Source of the DNA: a virus
Lineage: Duplodnaviria; Caudoviricetes
IMG/VR virus record: IMGVR_UViG_3300005573_000030
Coordinates: 1-32,575 of that record
Direction: 5' to 3' (one strand)
DNA length: 32,575 nt
Shown: one piece after another, positions 1-8,199 of the stretch
Layout of the letters: every line of letters starts with the position of its first letter
Position numbering within the stretch: position 1 is the first letter of the stretch
The notes under the pieces: model-generated
What the model saw: only the letters and a program-made list of their open reading frames with translations
Database searches by the model: none
Told to the model about the DNA's origin: nothing
Program-made: the position numbers and the translations under genes

Positions 1-121
1 AAGAAGTGCCACGGGAAGTAGGAGCTAAAAAAACCTTATAAACAAAGGCCAAAAGCCTCGTCGAAAGACGAGGTTTTTTTATTTGGAAAAAGGGAAAAAG
101 CAATGAACCAGACAGCAGCCA
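1..121. repeat. Exact terminal direct repeat (copy 1); circularisation overlap
   Basis: 1-121 is identical to 32455-32575; the repeat cuts through a leader and the start of ORF 103, as expected for an assembler overlap. Confidence 0.95.
51..80 (+). terminator. Intrinsic terminator in the early leader (same element as 32505-32534)
   Basis: AAAAGCCTCGTC-GAAA-GACGAGG followed by T7. Confidence 0.85.
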
Positions 122-387
122 GCCAGAACAAAATCGCCGCCGGAGAATTTAACAACTGCCCCGGCCGCGACGCGATAGAGGCAGCTATTGAAAAATTAGA
201 GATCGGCCTCGAGTACGTAGACCTCGACCGGCCCTACTGGCAGAACAAGGCCGACACCATGGTCTTCAGACTGAACGCGGCCAGCCCGGTCAACTTCGCG
301 AAGCTGGTCCACGAAATACAGCCGGACGAATTTCAAGAGACCAGCACCAGAGACCACCAGCGGATCCTGAGATTTTGGTGGGACTAA
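103..387 (+). CDS. Hypothetical protein, first gene after the early leader
   Basis: 94-aa ORF, A-rich leader, genome-typical codons. Confidence 0.75.
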   Translation: MNQTAASQNKIAAGEFNNCPGRDAIEAAIEKLEIGLEYVDLDRPYWQNKADTMVFRLNAASPVNFAKLVHEIQPDEFQETSTRDHQRILRFWWD

Positions 388-416
388 CAAACTAACCGAG
401 GAAAGGAAAAAGCACC

Positions 417-584
417 ATGGACAGAGCAACATTCCACGCGATCGAATCCTACAAGCGGATGAAGGTCGCGGAGTCAGCATACGAACGCTGCCGCAAGGAG
501 AACGAAGAAGCGGTCATAAGGGTACCGGAAAAAGAGATGGACCTTTACATGACCAAAACAGCAGCGATCGACAAAAAGTCTTAG
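417..584 (+). CDS. Small hypothetical protein (55 aa, MDRATFHAIESYKRMK...), not in the ORF track
   Basis: Translated by hand, ATG417 to TAG584; purine-rich leader ending CACC-ATG. Confidence 0.65.
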   Translation: MDRATFHAIESYKRMKVAESAYERCRKENEEAVIRVPEKEMDLYMTKTAAIDKKS

Positions 585-702
585 CCTTCGATCCGGGACC
601 CAAGAGCGCCAGCCTTGGGGACCGGGATGGGAAGCGAAGCAAAGGTCGGCCCGGCCGGACGGGACCCAAACATTAACCGGCAAAGCCATTAAGCAAAAAC
701 CC

Positions 703-831
703 ATGACACAAAAAGACATCAAAAAATTAAGCAAGGCCGAGTGGCAGCTCGTAGTTTACCTGCTGCAGCACGGCAAACCCCTGGCGCAGATCAAGCTCGC
801 CCGGGTAAGGAAGGAAGCCCAATGGAACTAG
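703..831 (+). CDS. Small basic hypothetical protein (42 aa, MTQKDIKKLSKAEWQLVVYLL...), not in the ORF track
   Basis: AAAAACCC-ATG start as in many genes here; stop overlaps the next start. Confidence 0.6.
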   Translation: MTQKDIKKLSKAEWQLVVYLLQHGKPLAQIKLARVRKEAQWN

Positions 832-983
832 TAAAAGCGACAGCGAAAGCGACGCTGATATTCGCAGCAGCATGGCTGGCACTTTGGGCCATGAGCTACA
901 CAGCCTGCGTAGGCACCTACCACAGCAGCGAGTGCCGGCAGGACCTGACCAGCCAGATAGTATTCAAGGTCATAAAAAAATGA
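822..983 (+). CDS. Small membrane protein
   Basis: ATG822 within ORF 741..983; hydrophobic segment TLIFAAAWLALWAMSY. Confidence 0.6.
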   Translation: MELVKATAKATLIFAAAWLALWAMSYTACVGTYHSSECRQDLTSQIVFKVIKK

Positions 984-1059
984 CCCCCGGGAAAAGGGCC
1001 ATTCAGGAAAAAGCAATTTAATTATAAACATCCTACTGGCCTGGGTCAAGGAGACAAGA

Positions 1060-1311
1060 ATGGACAAGCGAAAATTGACCCTTGGTGAGCGAAGTTATTT
1101 ATTAAACCTTTTAGCTGAGCAGCTTCCGAGCTGGAGCAGCGAGGTACTATGGGAATTTACCGAAGACCTCAGCCGCCGGCAGCGCGGATGGATAATACGC
1201 CTCAACCGCGAGCAGAAGTACGACCAGCTAAAATCGATTGTTAAAAAATTAATTGGAGAACACTACAGGAGAAAGCACCATGCCAAGCAAATTCCAAATC
1301 AGGAAGGCTGA
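1060..1311 (+). CDS. Hypothetical protein
   Basis: 83-aa ORF with AAGGAG upstream. Confidence 0.6.
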   Translation: MDKRKLTLGERSYLLNLLAEQLPSWSSEVLWEFTEDLSRRQRGWIIRLNREQKYDQLKSIVKKLIGEHYRRKHHAKQIPNQEG

Positions 1312-2503
1312 GCGTAGCCAGGTAAAGCTACGCATCGGGATATCCGGCCCGTCCGGATCCGGCAAGACCTACAGCGCACTAAAAATGGCCAGGGGAATGG
1401 CCAGCAGCTGGAGCAAGGTCTGCCTGATTGACACGGAAAACATGAGCGGCGACCTTTACGCGCAGCTCGGAGACTACAACGTAATAACCATGACCGAACC
1501 CTACAGCCCGGAGCGCTACATTGAAGCGATACAGGCGGCAGAGGACGCCAACATGGAAGTAATTATTTTAGACAGCGCGACCCACGAATGGGATGGCCGC
1601 GGCGGCTGCCTCGACATTGTCGACCAGCTCGGCGGCAGGTTCCAGGATTGGGCCAAGGTAACGCCCAGACACCGCAAGTTTATCGACAGCATGCTCAAGA
1701 GTACCGCCCACGTTTTAATCACCATGCGGACCAAGCAGGACTACGCGATGGACGAAGACAGCAGCGGCAAGAAGAAGGTCACCAAGCTGGGACTCAAAGA
1801 GGTGCAGCGCGAGGGCTTCGAGTACGAACTGACCCTGAACTTCGTGGTCGACATGAACCACCTGGCCAAGGCCGGCAAGGACAGAACCGGACTGTTTATG
1901 GGCCGCCCGGAATTCGTAATAACCGAGGAAACCGGCAAGGAGATACTCGAGTGGAACGCCAGCGGCAAGACCGCAGCGCCAGACTACACCCTGGTCAAAC
2001 GCCGCATTATGACCGAAGCCAAGCGGCTGGGAGTCGACCCCTACAGCAAGGACTTCGCCACCCAGGTGAAGGTAGCCACGGGCCTGGACATCAAGGACGA
2101 AGGCAGTCTCGAGGCCATATACAACCAGCTGAGCAAGATGCAAAAAATGCCGGCAAAACAGGAAGCACCAAAGCAGCCGGAACTGGACCCGCACGAAACG
2201 CAGAACCCTGAACCTGAACCGGAAAAGACCCCGGAGCAGATCGCAGAGGAACAGCGAGCGGAGCAGGAAAAGAAGGATGCAGCCAGGGCCGCGGCAGAGA
2301 AAATCAGCCCGGCAGAGCTGAAGGTCCTCCAGAGCCTGCTGCACCAAAAGGAAGGCATCGCACCGGACGATGAGAAAAACCAGGTCGGGTACCTCGGACT
2401 GGTCCACGACATCAACATCAAGACCATAACCGAAGTAACCCGCGACGAATTCCGGACCTTACAAAAGAAATTGCTGGCGCAAAAGAGTAAAGCGGAGCGC
2501 TAA
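1280..2503 (+). CDS. AAA_24/Sak4-like P-loop ATPase (putative recombination/annealing protein) with C-terminal extension
   Basis: Walker A GPSGSGKT, Walker B-like IILDSATHEW; Pro/Glu-rich linker; start moved to ATG1280. Confidence 0.8.
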   Translation: MPSKFQIRKAERSQVKLRIGISGPSGSGKTYSALKMARGMASSWSKVCLIDTENMSGDLYAQLGDYNVITMTEPYSPERYIEAIQAAEDANMEVIILDSATHEWDGRGGCLDIVDQLGGRFQDWAKVTPRHRKFIDSMLKSTAHVLITMRTKQDYAMDEDSSGKKKVTKLGLKEVQREGFEYELTLNFVVDMNHLAKAGKDRTGLFMGRPEFVITEETGKEILEWNASGKTAAPDYTLVKRRIMTEAKRLGVDPYSKDFATQVKVATGLDIKDEGSLEAIYNQLSKMQKMPAKQEAPKQPELDPHETQNPEPEPEKTPEQIAEEQRAEQEKKDAARAAAEKISPAELKVLQSLLHQKEGIAPDDEKNQVGYLGLVHDINIKTITEVTRDEFRTLQKKLLAQKSKAER

Positions 2504-2531
2504 AAAAGTGCCGGCCAGATAGCGTTTGAAC

Positions 2532-2591
2532 TTTGCTCTCGACCCTGTTCGTTTACCGCGAGGGCATAAGCGGACAGGGATCGAGAGCAAA
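2532..2591 (+). other. Long intergenic hairpin upstream of the replication gene
   Basis: TTTGCTCTCGA/TCGAGAGCAAA plus CCCTGTTCGTTTA/TAAGCGGACAGGG with two G.U pairs on +. Confidence 0.75.
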
Positions 2592-2621
2592 AACCGAATC
2601 AAATAACGGAAACCTAAACAA

Positions 2622-3164
2622 ATGTTCAAAGGCTTTTATATCCAAATATCCAACGGCCTACTAAAAGACAACCACAGAAAGCGCATGGGAGAGTCGGTAT
2701 GGGAATTTATGTGGTGCCTCGATCGCATCACCCGAATCGACGACAACGGTGACGGCTGGGTCCTCGGCGGTAAGCCGATCCAGCTCAAGAACCTAGCCCA
2801 GGACCTGGGAGTCCACGAAGTGACCGTGAGCCGTAATTTGACGCGGCTGAAGACCGAAGGGTACATCGAAACCGAACACACGCCCTACGGGATCCGGATA
2901 AAAGTAAGGCGAGCGAAAAAGAGCATAAAGCCAAAAGGGGGAAAAGTTGTGGACAACCTCGGGATTAAAAAAGAGAGGTTTAACACAAACGCAGCGAGGT
3001 TTAACATAAACGCTAAACCTAATATAAGACAATACAGTGACAATACAAGAATTAATAATAATGGGAACCGGGACCAAAAACCCAGGGACCCAAAAGCCCG
3101 GGAAAATTTGGCGCGAGTCGAAGCGATAAAAAAGAAAATCCGGGACAGGTTCACGATTAAATAA
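2622..3164 (+). CDS. Putative replication initiator (winged HTH)
   Basis: HTH-like LKNLAQDLGVHEVTVSRNLTRLKTEGYI; follows the recombinase; internal DNA repeats. Confidence 0.7.
   Translation: MFKGFYIQISNGLLKDNHRKRMGESVWEFMWCLDRITRIDDNGDGWVLGGKPIQLKNLAQDLGVHEVTVSRNLTRLKTEGYIETEHTPYGIRIKVRRAKKSIKPKGGKVVDNLGIKKERFNTNAARFNINAKPNIRQYSDNTRINNNGNRDQKPRDPKARENLARVEAIKKKIRDRFTIK
2949..3060. repeat. Candidate replication origin inside the initiator gene
   Basis: GAGGTTTAACAYAAACGC at 2975-2992 and 2996-3013; DnaA-box-like TGTGGACAA at 2949-2957; GACAATACA twice and an AT-rich tract downstream. Confidence 0.55.
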
Positions 3165-3180
3165 CTAACAAGGAAAAACT

Positions 3181-3474
3181 ATGCAAAGGGAAAAGCAAAT
3201 TCACAAGATGGAATTTATCGAGCAGCTGGCAGCCAGACTCGGTATAACCGTAACCGAAGCCGAGCGCATGCTCAACAACACGCTGGAATTAATTTATTAC
3301 TACGTGTCGGAGGGAATCAAAGTAAACATTGGCGGCTTTGGAAAATTTGAACGGAGCCACCGCAACGCAAGGCTCGGGGTAAATCCCAGGACCCTGCAAA
3401 AGATAAGGATCCCGGAACTTTACACGCCAAAGTTTAGAGCCGGCGACGCCTTCAAGTCAGCAATCAGAAAGTAA
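3181..3474 (+). CDS. hup: HU family DNA-binding protein
   Basis: VNIGGFGKF...RNARLGVNPRT...PKFRAG signature. Confidence 0.9.
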   Translation: MQREKQIHKMEFIEQLAARLGITVTEAERMLNNTLELIYYYVSEGIKVNIGGFGKFERSHRNARLGVNPRTLQKIRIPELYTPKFRAGDAFKSAIRK

Positions 3475-3504
3475 AAAAATAAAAAAACTAAAACAAAAAA
3501 CCAT

Positions 3505-4107
3505 ATGAACCAAGAACTCGAAACCCTAATGGCGGAGACCGACACCGCCCAAACCACTAACCGCCGCAGCTGGAAGCTGGGAGCCGCAGGGCTGCTCCTG
3601 GCCATAGCCGCGGCAGCGATAGGCACTTACCAGGTAAACAAATTCTTCGAAACCCACCGGATAGTTTTCCAAAGCCCGGTCAGGGTACGGATCCAGACCC
3701 CGGTATACGTAGCCAGGCGCGAAAAGCCGGCCCCGGAAATCCGCGAGGTCCAGGCAGCGCAGCACACCAGCCCACTAACAGCCGAGCAGCAGTACCTCTG
3801 CGACAAATTCGGACCAAACTGCAAGACCATGCTGGCCATACAGCGAGCAGAAAACAAGAGCGGCAGCTGCGACGCCATAAACTGGAGCAACAAAGACCAG
3901 AGCCTCGACATTGGGTACCTGCAGATAAATACCCTCTGGATCAATAAGCAGATTTTCAAACCGGCGCAACTGTTCGACTGCAAGACAAACATCGACGCCG
4001 GCTACGAGATCTTCAAACGCTGGGGAGGAGAAAAAGACCCGGCCAAGGGCTTCGGAGCCTGGACCACCTTCAACAACGGGGATTATAAAAAATACTTAAT
4101 AAACTAA
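3505..4107 (+). CDS. Membrane-anchored lytic transglycosylase-like (lysozyme fold) protein
   Basis: N-terminal hydrophobic helix; AIQRAEN (catalytic Glu), DIGYLQIN, NIDAG, AW motifs. Confidence 0.75.
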   Translation: MNQELETLMAETDTAQTTNRRSWKLGAAGLLLAIAAAAIGTYQVNKFFETHRIVFQSPVRVRIQTPVYVARREKPAPEIREVQAAQHTSPLTAEQQYLCDKFGPNCKTMLAIQRAENKSGSCDAINWSNKDQSLDIGYLQINTLWINKQIFKPAQLFDCKTNIDAGYEIFKRWGGEKDPAKGFGAWTTFNNGDYKKYLIN

Positions 4108-4110
4108 ACC

Positions 4111-4698
4111 ATGCCAAAACAAGAATACAAAAAAGAGCGCTGCGAGTGCTGCAAGCAGACGACAACCTACGCGCTGGCTATCAGCAAGGGAATCGCGGAC
4201 CTGGTCCGGGCCTTCTCGGTAGCCATTAGTAAAAAGGGCATCAACGCCATTCACCCGGGCAAGGAGCTGGAGGTATCAGCCAAGGAGTGGAGCGTGGAAA
4301 AAATGCTGGCCACCGGTTGCATTACCGTGCAAATGAACAAGAACAAATCCTTCGCTCGCGCCCACGGCCTCATTGCCAAGATAAAGGGACAGCCGGGCAA
4401 CTGGTGCCTGACGACCAAGGGAGCCGAATTCCTCCGCGGCCGGCAGGTGCCGAAGTACGCGATTGTCAGCAAGGTCACCAAGCACAACATAGGCTACTGG
4501 CAGCCGGAGCTTTACCAGGTACGGATAACCGACTTCACCAGCGACGAACCAACCTGGGAAGTGCCGAACCTGACCATAGTCGAAGGCCGGGTACTGCGAG
4601 AGGAGGACCTGCCTAAGCCGAAGCCCAGGCTGCAGCCGGCCCCGCCCGTTGGAATTTCTATCCAGCAGCTGGCCCAGCAGGTACTATTCAGCGCCTAA
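4111..4698 (+). CDS. Hypothetical protein with N-terminal CxxC
   Basis: 195-aa ORF, CECC motif. Confidence 0.7.
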   Translation: MPKQEYKKERCECCKQTTTYALAISKGIADLVRAFSVAISKKGINAIHPGKELEVSAKEWSVEKMLATGCITVQMNKNKSFARAHGLIAKIKGQPGNWCLTTKGAEFLRGRQVPKYAIVSKVTKHNIGYWQPELYQVRITDFTSDEPTWEVPNLTIVEGRVLREEDLPKPKPRLQPAPPVGISIQQLAQQVLFSA

Positions 4699-4708
4699 AT
4701 ACAAACCC

Positions 4709-4873
4709 ATGCAAACCAAAACAATCAACGAACTCAACATCGAAATCGCGCAGCTAACAGACGACCTGAAGAACACCAGCCCCATGGCCCAGGACTACTA
4801 CGGCGAGCTGTGGCACCGGCGCGAAAAATTAATAACACAGCGCGACGCGCTGCTGAAAGGAGTGAGCCAATGA
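4709..4873 (+). CDS. Small hypothetical coiled-coil protein
   Basis: AAACCC-ATG4709, in frame with ORF 4649..4873. Confidence 0.6.
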   Translation: MQTKTINELNIEIAQLTDDLKNTSPMAQDYYGELWHRREKLITQRDALLKGVSQ

Positions 4874-5160
4874 TAACCAGCTACAAGATCAAGAACCAGC
4901 TGCCGGTATACGGCGGCAAAAAGATAAAGGCCAGCCCAGCTAGGAAGCAGGCCAAAGCCGCCAAGCCGGCACGGTACCTGGTCGAGTACCCGAAAGCGAC
5001 CGGAAACGGAGACGCCGTGTACGGCCGGCAGATCGGAGACGCGCAAAGCTACGCGCTGCCCATGAGCGAGCAGGCGGCAATCAGAGAAATTTTTAAGAGC
5101 GGTGCCAGGGTTTACCAGCTGGTGCCAGTAAGGCTGGGCAAAGATGGAAAAGCAAAGTAA
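4870..5160 (+). CDS. Hypothetical basic protein
   Basis: ATGA overlap with the upstream stop. Confidence 0.6.
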   Translation: MITSYKIKNQLPVYGGKKIKASPARKQAKAAKPARYLVEYPKATGNGDAVYGRQIGDAQSYALPMSEQAAIREIFKSGARVYQLVPVRLGKDGKAK

Positions 5161-5392
5161 CAAACAGAGCCTCGATCCGGAAATGCAGCGAGCGCTGCGC
5201 GACATAGAGACGTCGCGCAAAGCCTACTACCGGGAATACGAACGCTACCTACGCAAGCGCCACCCGGGAATTTACTGGACCGCGGTCGCAATTAACATCG
5301 CCGGCGCCCTGGTATTTTTAGCAGCCTGCGCCGGCTTCGGGATGCTGGTAGCCAAGGCGATAGAATTCTGGACCAGGATCCTGGCCAGGTAG
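5144..5392 (+). CDS. Hypothetical membrane protein
   Basis: C-terminal hydrophobic stretch. Confidence 0.65.
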   Translation: MEKQSNKQSLDPEMQRALRDIETSRKAYYREYERYLRKRHPGIYWTAVAINIAGALVFLAACAGFGMLVAKAIEFWTRILAR

Positions 5393-5417
5393 GAAAAGCA
5401 ACTAACAAAACAAACCC

Positions 5418-5801
5418 ATGCCCCAATTAGAAATAGAACTGACCAAGGAAATCGAAATCAAAAACCAGCTGCGCGTACACAAAGCCCAGCTCAAGGACAT
5501 ACTGGAAGACAACCAGGAATACCAGGACCTGGTCGAAAAGGGAAAAGGACTGAATACCAGGCGCCGGCAAATTCTGGAATCGGTAGCCAAAGCCTTCCCG
5601 AACATTATGGACGCGATCGAGGAAGCCAAGGCAGAGCTAAAGAACCAGCGCGAGCTGGTCAGCGACGTGGCCATAAACCAGCTGCTGCGCGGCGAGCCGG
5701 CAACCACCATGCACTACCCGGACCAGCCAGGCTACGAGTGGCAGCCGGTCATTACGGTCAAGTACAAAAAAGTAAAAACCGACGGCCATGCAGAACGGTA
5801 A
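5418..5801 (+). CDS. Hypothetical helical protein
   Basis: 127-aa ORF, AAACCC-ATG start. Confidence 0.7.
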   Translation: MPQLEIELTKEIEIKNQLRVHKAQLKDILEDNQEYQDLVEKGKGLNTRRRQILESVAKAFPNIMDAIEEAKAELKNQRELVSDVAINQLLRGEPATTMHYPDQPGYEWQPVITVKYKKVKTDGHAER

Positions 5802-6477
5802 GAAAATCATTCTCGACCTCTGCGGCGGCACCGGATCCTGGAGCAAGCCGTACAAGGACGCCGGCTACCAGGTTATAAACCTCACGCTGCCGCAGTACGA
5901 CGTAACGAAAGCCGACCTGCACAACAAGGAGCTGCTGCTGTTTGCCGCAGCGGACCCGCTGGAAAACCTGCACGTGCCGATAAAGGACATCCACGGCATA
6001 CTTGCAGCGCCGCCATGCACGGAATTCTCCCTGGCCAAAGGCAACCGGCCCCGGGACTTTGAAAAAGGAATGAGCGTGGTCCGGGCCTGCCTGCAAATTA
6101 TCTGGCACGTGCGGACCCACGGCAAGCTGAAGTTTTGGGCCTTGGAAAACCCGGTAGGCTTCCTGCGGCAGTTTATCGGACAGCCGGCGCTGACATTCGA
6201 ACCGTGGCACTACGGCGCCGGCCACAGCAAGCGGACCGACCTGTGGGGATATTTTGAAAAGCCAGTAAGGCTTTATACCGAACCGCCGCTGTGGCTGACC
6301 GGCAGCAGCATCAAGTACAAATACAAGAGCCGGCACTACCGGAACGCCTCAGACCCCGTCTGCCCGAAAGAGTACGAATCCCAGCTGGCCGGCCTCCCGT
6401 GGAAGCAGCGCCGCGCCGCGATCCGGGCCATAACCCCGCCGCACTTTGCCGCCGCATTTTACAAAGCTAACCCTTAA
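5788..6477 (+). CDS. Short DNA cytosine-C5 methyltransferase
   Basis: Motif I LDLCGGTG, motif IV PPC, motif VI ENP, later KRT motif. Confidence 0.8.
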   Translation: MQNGKKIILDLCGGTGSWSKPYKDAGYQVINLTLPQYDVTKADLHNKELLLFAAADPLENLHVPIKDIHGILAAPPCTEFSLAKGNRPRDFEKGMSVVRACLQIIWHVRTHGKLKFWALENPVGFLRQFIGQPALTFEPWHYGAGHSKRTDLWGYFEKPVRLYTEPPLWLTGSSIKYKYKSRHYRNASDPVCPKEYESQLAGLPWKQRRAAIRAITPPHFAAAFYKANP

Positions 6478-6481
6478 CAAA

Positions 6482-6664
6482 ATGCTGGAACCAATCACGG
6501 TCAAAGTTTGGCACGAACAGCAGCGGTACCTAACGGACCGGCTCAGGGCATTAAAACAATTCAGAGGCTACAGCTGCGCCAGAAAAAACCGGATCCGCAT
6601 AAAGCAGCAAATCGCCGAGACGGTAAACCAGCTGCGGCGGCTGCACAAACACAGACCAATATAA
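6482..6664 (+). CDS. Small basic hypothetical protein
   Basis: ATG6482 in ORF 6446..6664 fills the gap between genes. Confidence 0.5.
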   Translation: MLEPITVKVWHEQQRYLTDRLRALKQFRGYSCARKNRIRIKQQIAETVNQLRRLHKHRPI

Positions 6665-6706
6665 ACCAAAAGCGGCCGAACCGACCGGCCGCTTAAGGAC
6701 AAAACC

Positions 6707-7159
6707 ATGCAAACGATTCAATTCACGATACCCGGCAACCACGAAGCCAGCGACGGTCACCCGGTACCCTACGAGCGCAGCACCCAGGCAGGCTTCTGGA
6801 AGCCGCGAGTGCGGCGTTACAGCGCCTGGAAGGACTACGTGCGCTCGCATTTTGACCGGCATACCCGATTGTACGGCCTGCCGGTAATTATCAGCGATGA
6901 CGGCAAAGCAGGCGCCCTCTTAACGAACGGCCGGCAGCTCAAGCCAATACAGACCAAGAGAAAGTGCCGGATGGATATTTTTATAACCTACAAAAACCAC
7001 GCGCACCCGGACAGCGACAACGTGTGGAAGGGAATAGCGGACGCGCTATTTTACAACGACAAGAACGTCGCCGGCAGCTTTGACTTCACGGTCGATAGCA
7101 AAGCCAAGCCAGGCGTAAAGGTAACAATCACGATACCAACCAATGAAGGACCAAAATGA
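6707..7159 (+). CDS. rusA: RusA-family Holliday junction resolvase
   Basis: PDSDNVWKGIADAL...ND signature. Confidence 0.8.
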   Translation: MQTIQFTIPGNHEASDGHPVPYERSTQAGFWKPRVRRYSAWKDYVRSHFDRHTRLYGLPVIISDDGKAGALLTNGRQLKPIQTKRKCRMDIFITYKNHAHPDSDNVWKGIADALFYNDKNVAGSFDFTVDSKAKPGVKVTITIPTNEGPK

Positions 7160-7346
7160 AAAACCAACACCAAAAAGGCACCAGGCGATCCTGCGCTACG
7201 GCCAGCCTTATGAATACTGGATAGAGCGCGGCCACCTCTTCGGCTTTGACCCGGACCACGTCGACCAGATCCGGCGAGCCGGCAGGCAGTACCTGGGGAA
7301 ATTTGTCGACATCGAGTGCTTTATTATTTATACCCGAGGAGAATAA
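7143..7346 (+). CDS. Hypothetical protein
   Basis: 67-aa ORF overlapping the end of rusA. Confidence 0.55.
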   Translation: MKDQNEKPTPKRHQAILRYGQPYEYWIERGHLFGFDPDHVDQIRRAGRQYLGKFVDIECFIIYTRGE

Positions 7347-7350
7347 AAAA

Positions 7351-7686
7351 ATGTTTTTCAGCAACAAAAAGCGCCAGCTCACACCAGCAACCGCGCCCAA
7401 AGTTAAGCCCCTAAAATTAACCGTGGAAATCAAGCTCGAGCGGACCGAAGACTACGGCTCGGAAAAAACCCTCGTGCAAATCGAGCGGACCGAAACCTTG
7501 GACCACAACACGGACGCCAGGATCCGGGACATCAAGGACGAAGTCGCCACCCAGCTGCAGGAAGTATTCGAAAAGACCCTGGACAAAATCGAAGGCCACG
7601 ACCAGCTGACCGACGGCTTCCACGCCGAACTGGCCAAGGCCAAGGAAAGCGGCAAACCCGCAGCGGAACAAGAAGCGAACTTTTAA
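7351..7686 (+). CDS. Hypothetical protein
   Basis: ATG7351 after GAGGAG and an A-tract. Confidence 0.65.
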   Translation: MFFSNKKRQLTPATAPKVKPLKLTVEIKLERTEDYGSEKTLVQIERTETLDHNTDARIRDIKDEVATQLQEVFEKTLDKIEGHDQLTDGFHAELAKAKESGKPAAEQEANF

Positions 7687-7718
7687 CAATTTATTAAAAA
7701 TTTAAAAAGCAAAACCCT

Positions 7719-8141
7719 ATGACACAAGAACCAAAAGACATGGACATGCATCTGAAGCCGGCAGACCCGGCCAAGCAGAACCCAAAGCTCAGCCCGGAAT
7801 TTAAACAAAAGCTGCTGGAAAAAACCCAGGAAGAAGCCTGGCAGCACGAAGCGGATGCAGCCTACGCCAGAGAGCTGGTCACGCCAAAGCTGCAGACGGT
7901 ATGCGACGAACTCGCTGCGGAAATAGCCAAGCTGAACGAGCAGATCGCGGAGCTGGAAAAGAGCCACACCAAAGCGGACCGCGAAAAGAAGAAGGCCCTG
8001 CTGGTCGAGCAGAACCAAAAGACCCAGCGCCTCACGCTGCGCCAGAACGTGCTGAAGCAGGCGCAGAAAACCGAGGAAGCCGAAGCGGCCAAGGCAGACG
8101 AACGCTGGCAGTATTACAGGTTCGTACAGGAAACATTTTAA
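7719..8141 (+). CDS. Hypothetical coiled-coil protein
   Basis: 140 aa, E/K/Q/A-rich. Confidence 0.7.
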   Translation: MTQEPKDMDMHLKPADPAKQNPKLSPEFKQKLLEKTQEEAWQHEADAAYARELVTPKLQTVCDELAAEIAKLNEQIAELEKSHTKADREKKKALLVEQNQKTQRLTLRQNVLKQAQKTEEAEAAKADERWQYYRFVQETF

Positions 8142-8199
8142 TTATTAAACGGCAGCGCCGGGAATCGCAGGATCCCCGGCCTGCGCTCGTTCTAACACA

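Noticed and set aside
1-121. Biological terminal repeat of the virion DNA
   Set aside because: Exact, k-mer-like length, and it cuts through a leader and a gene; best explained as assembly overlap
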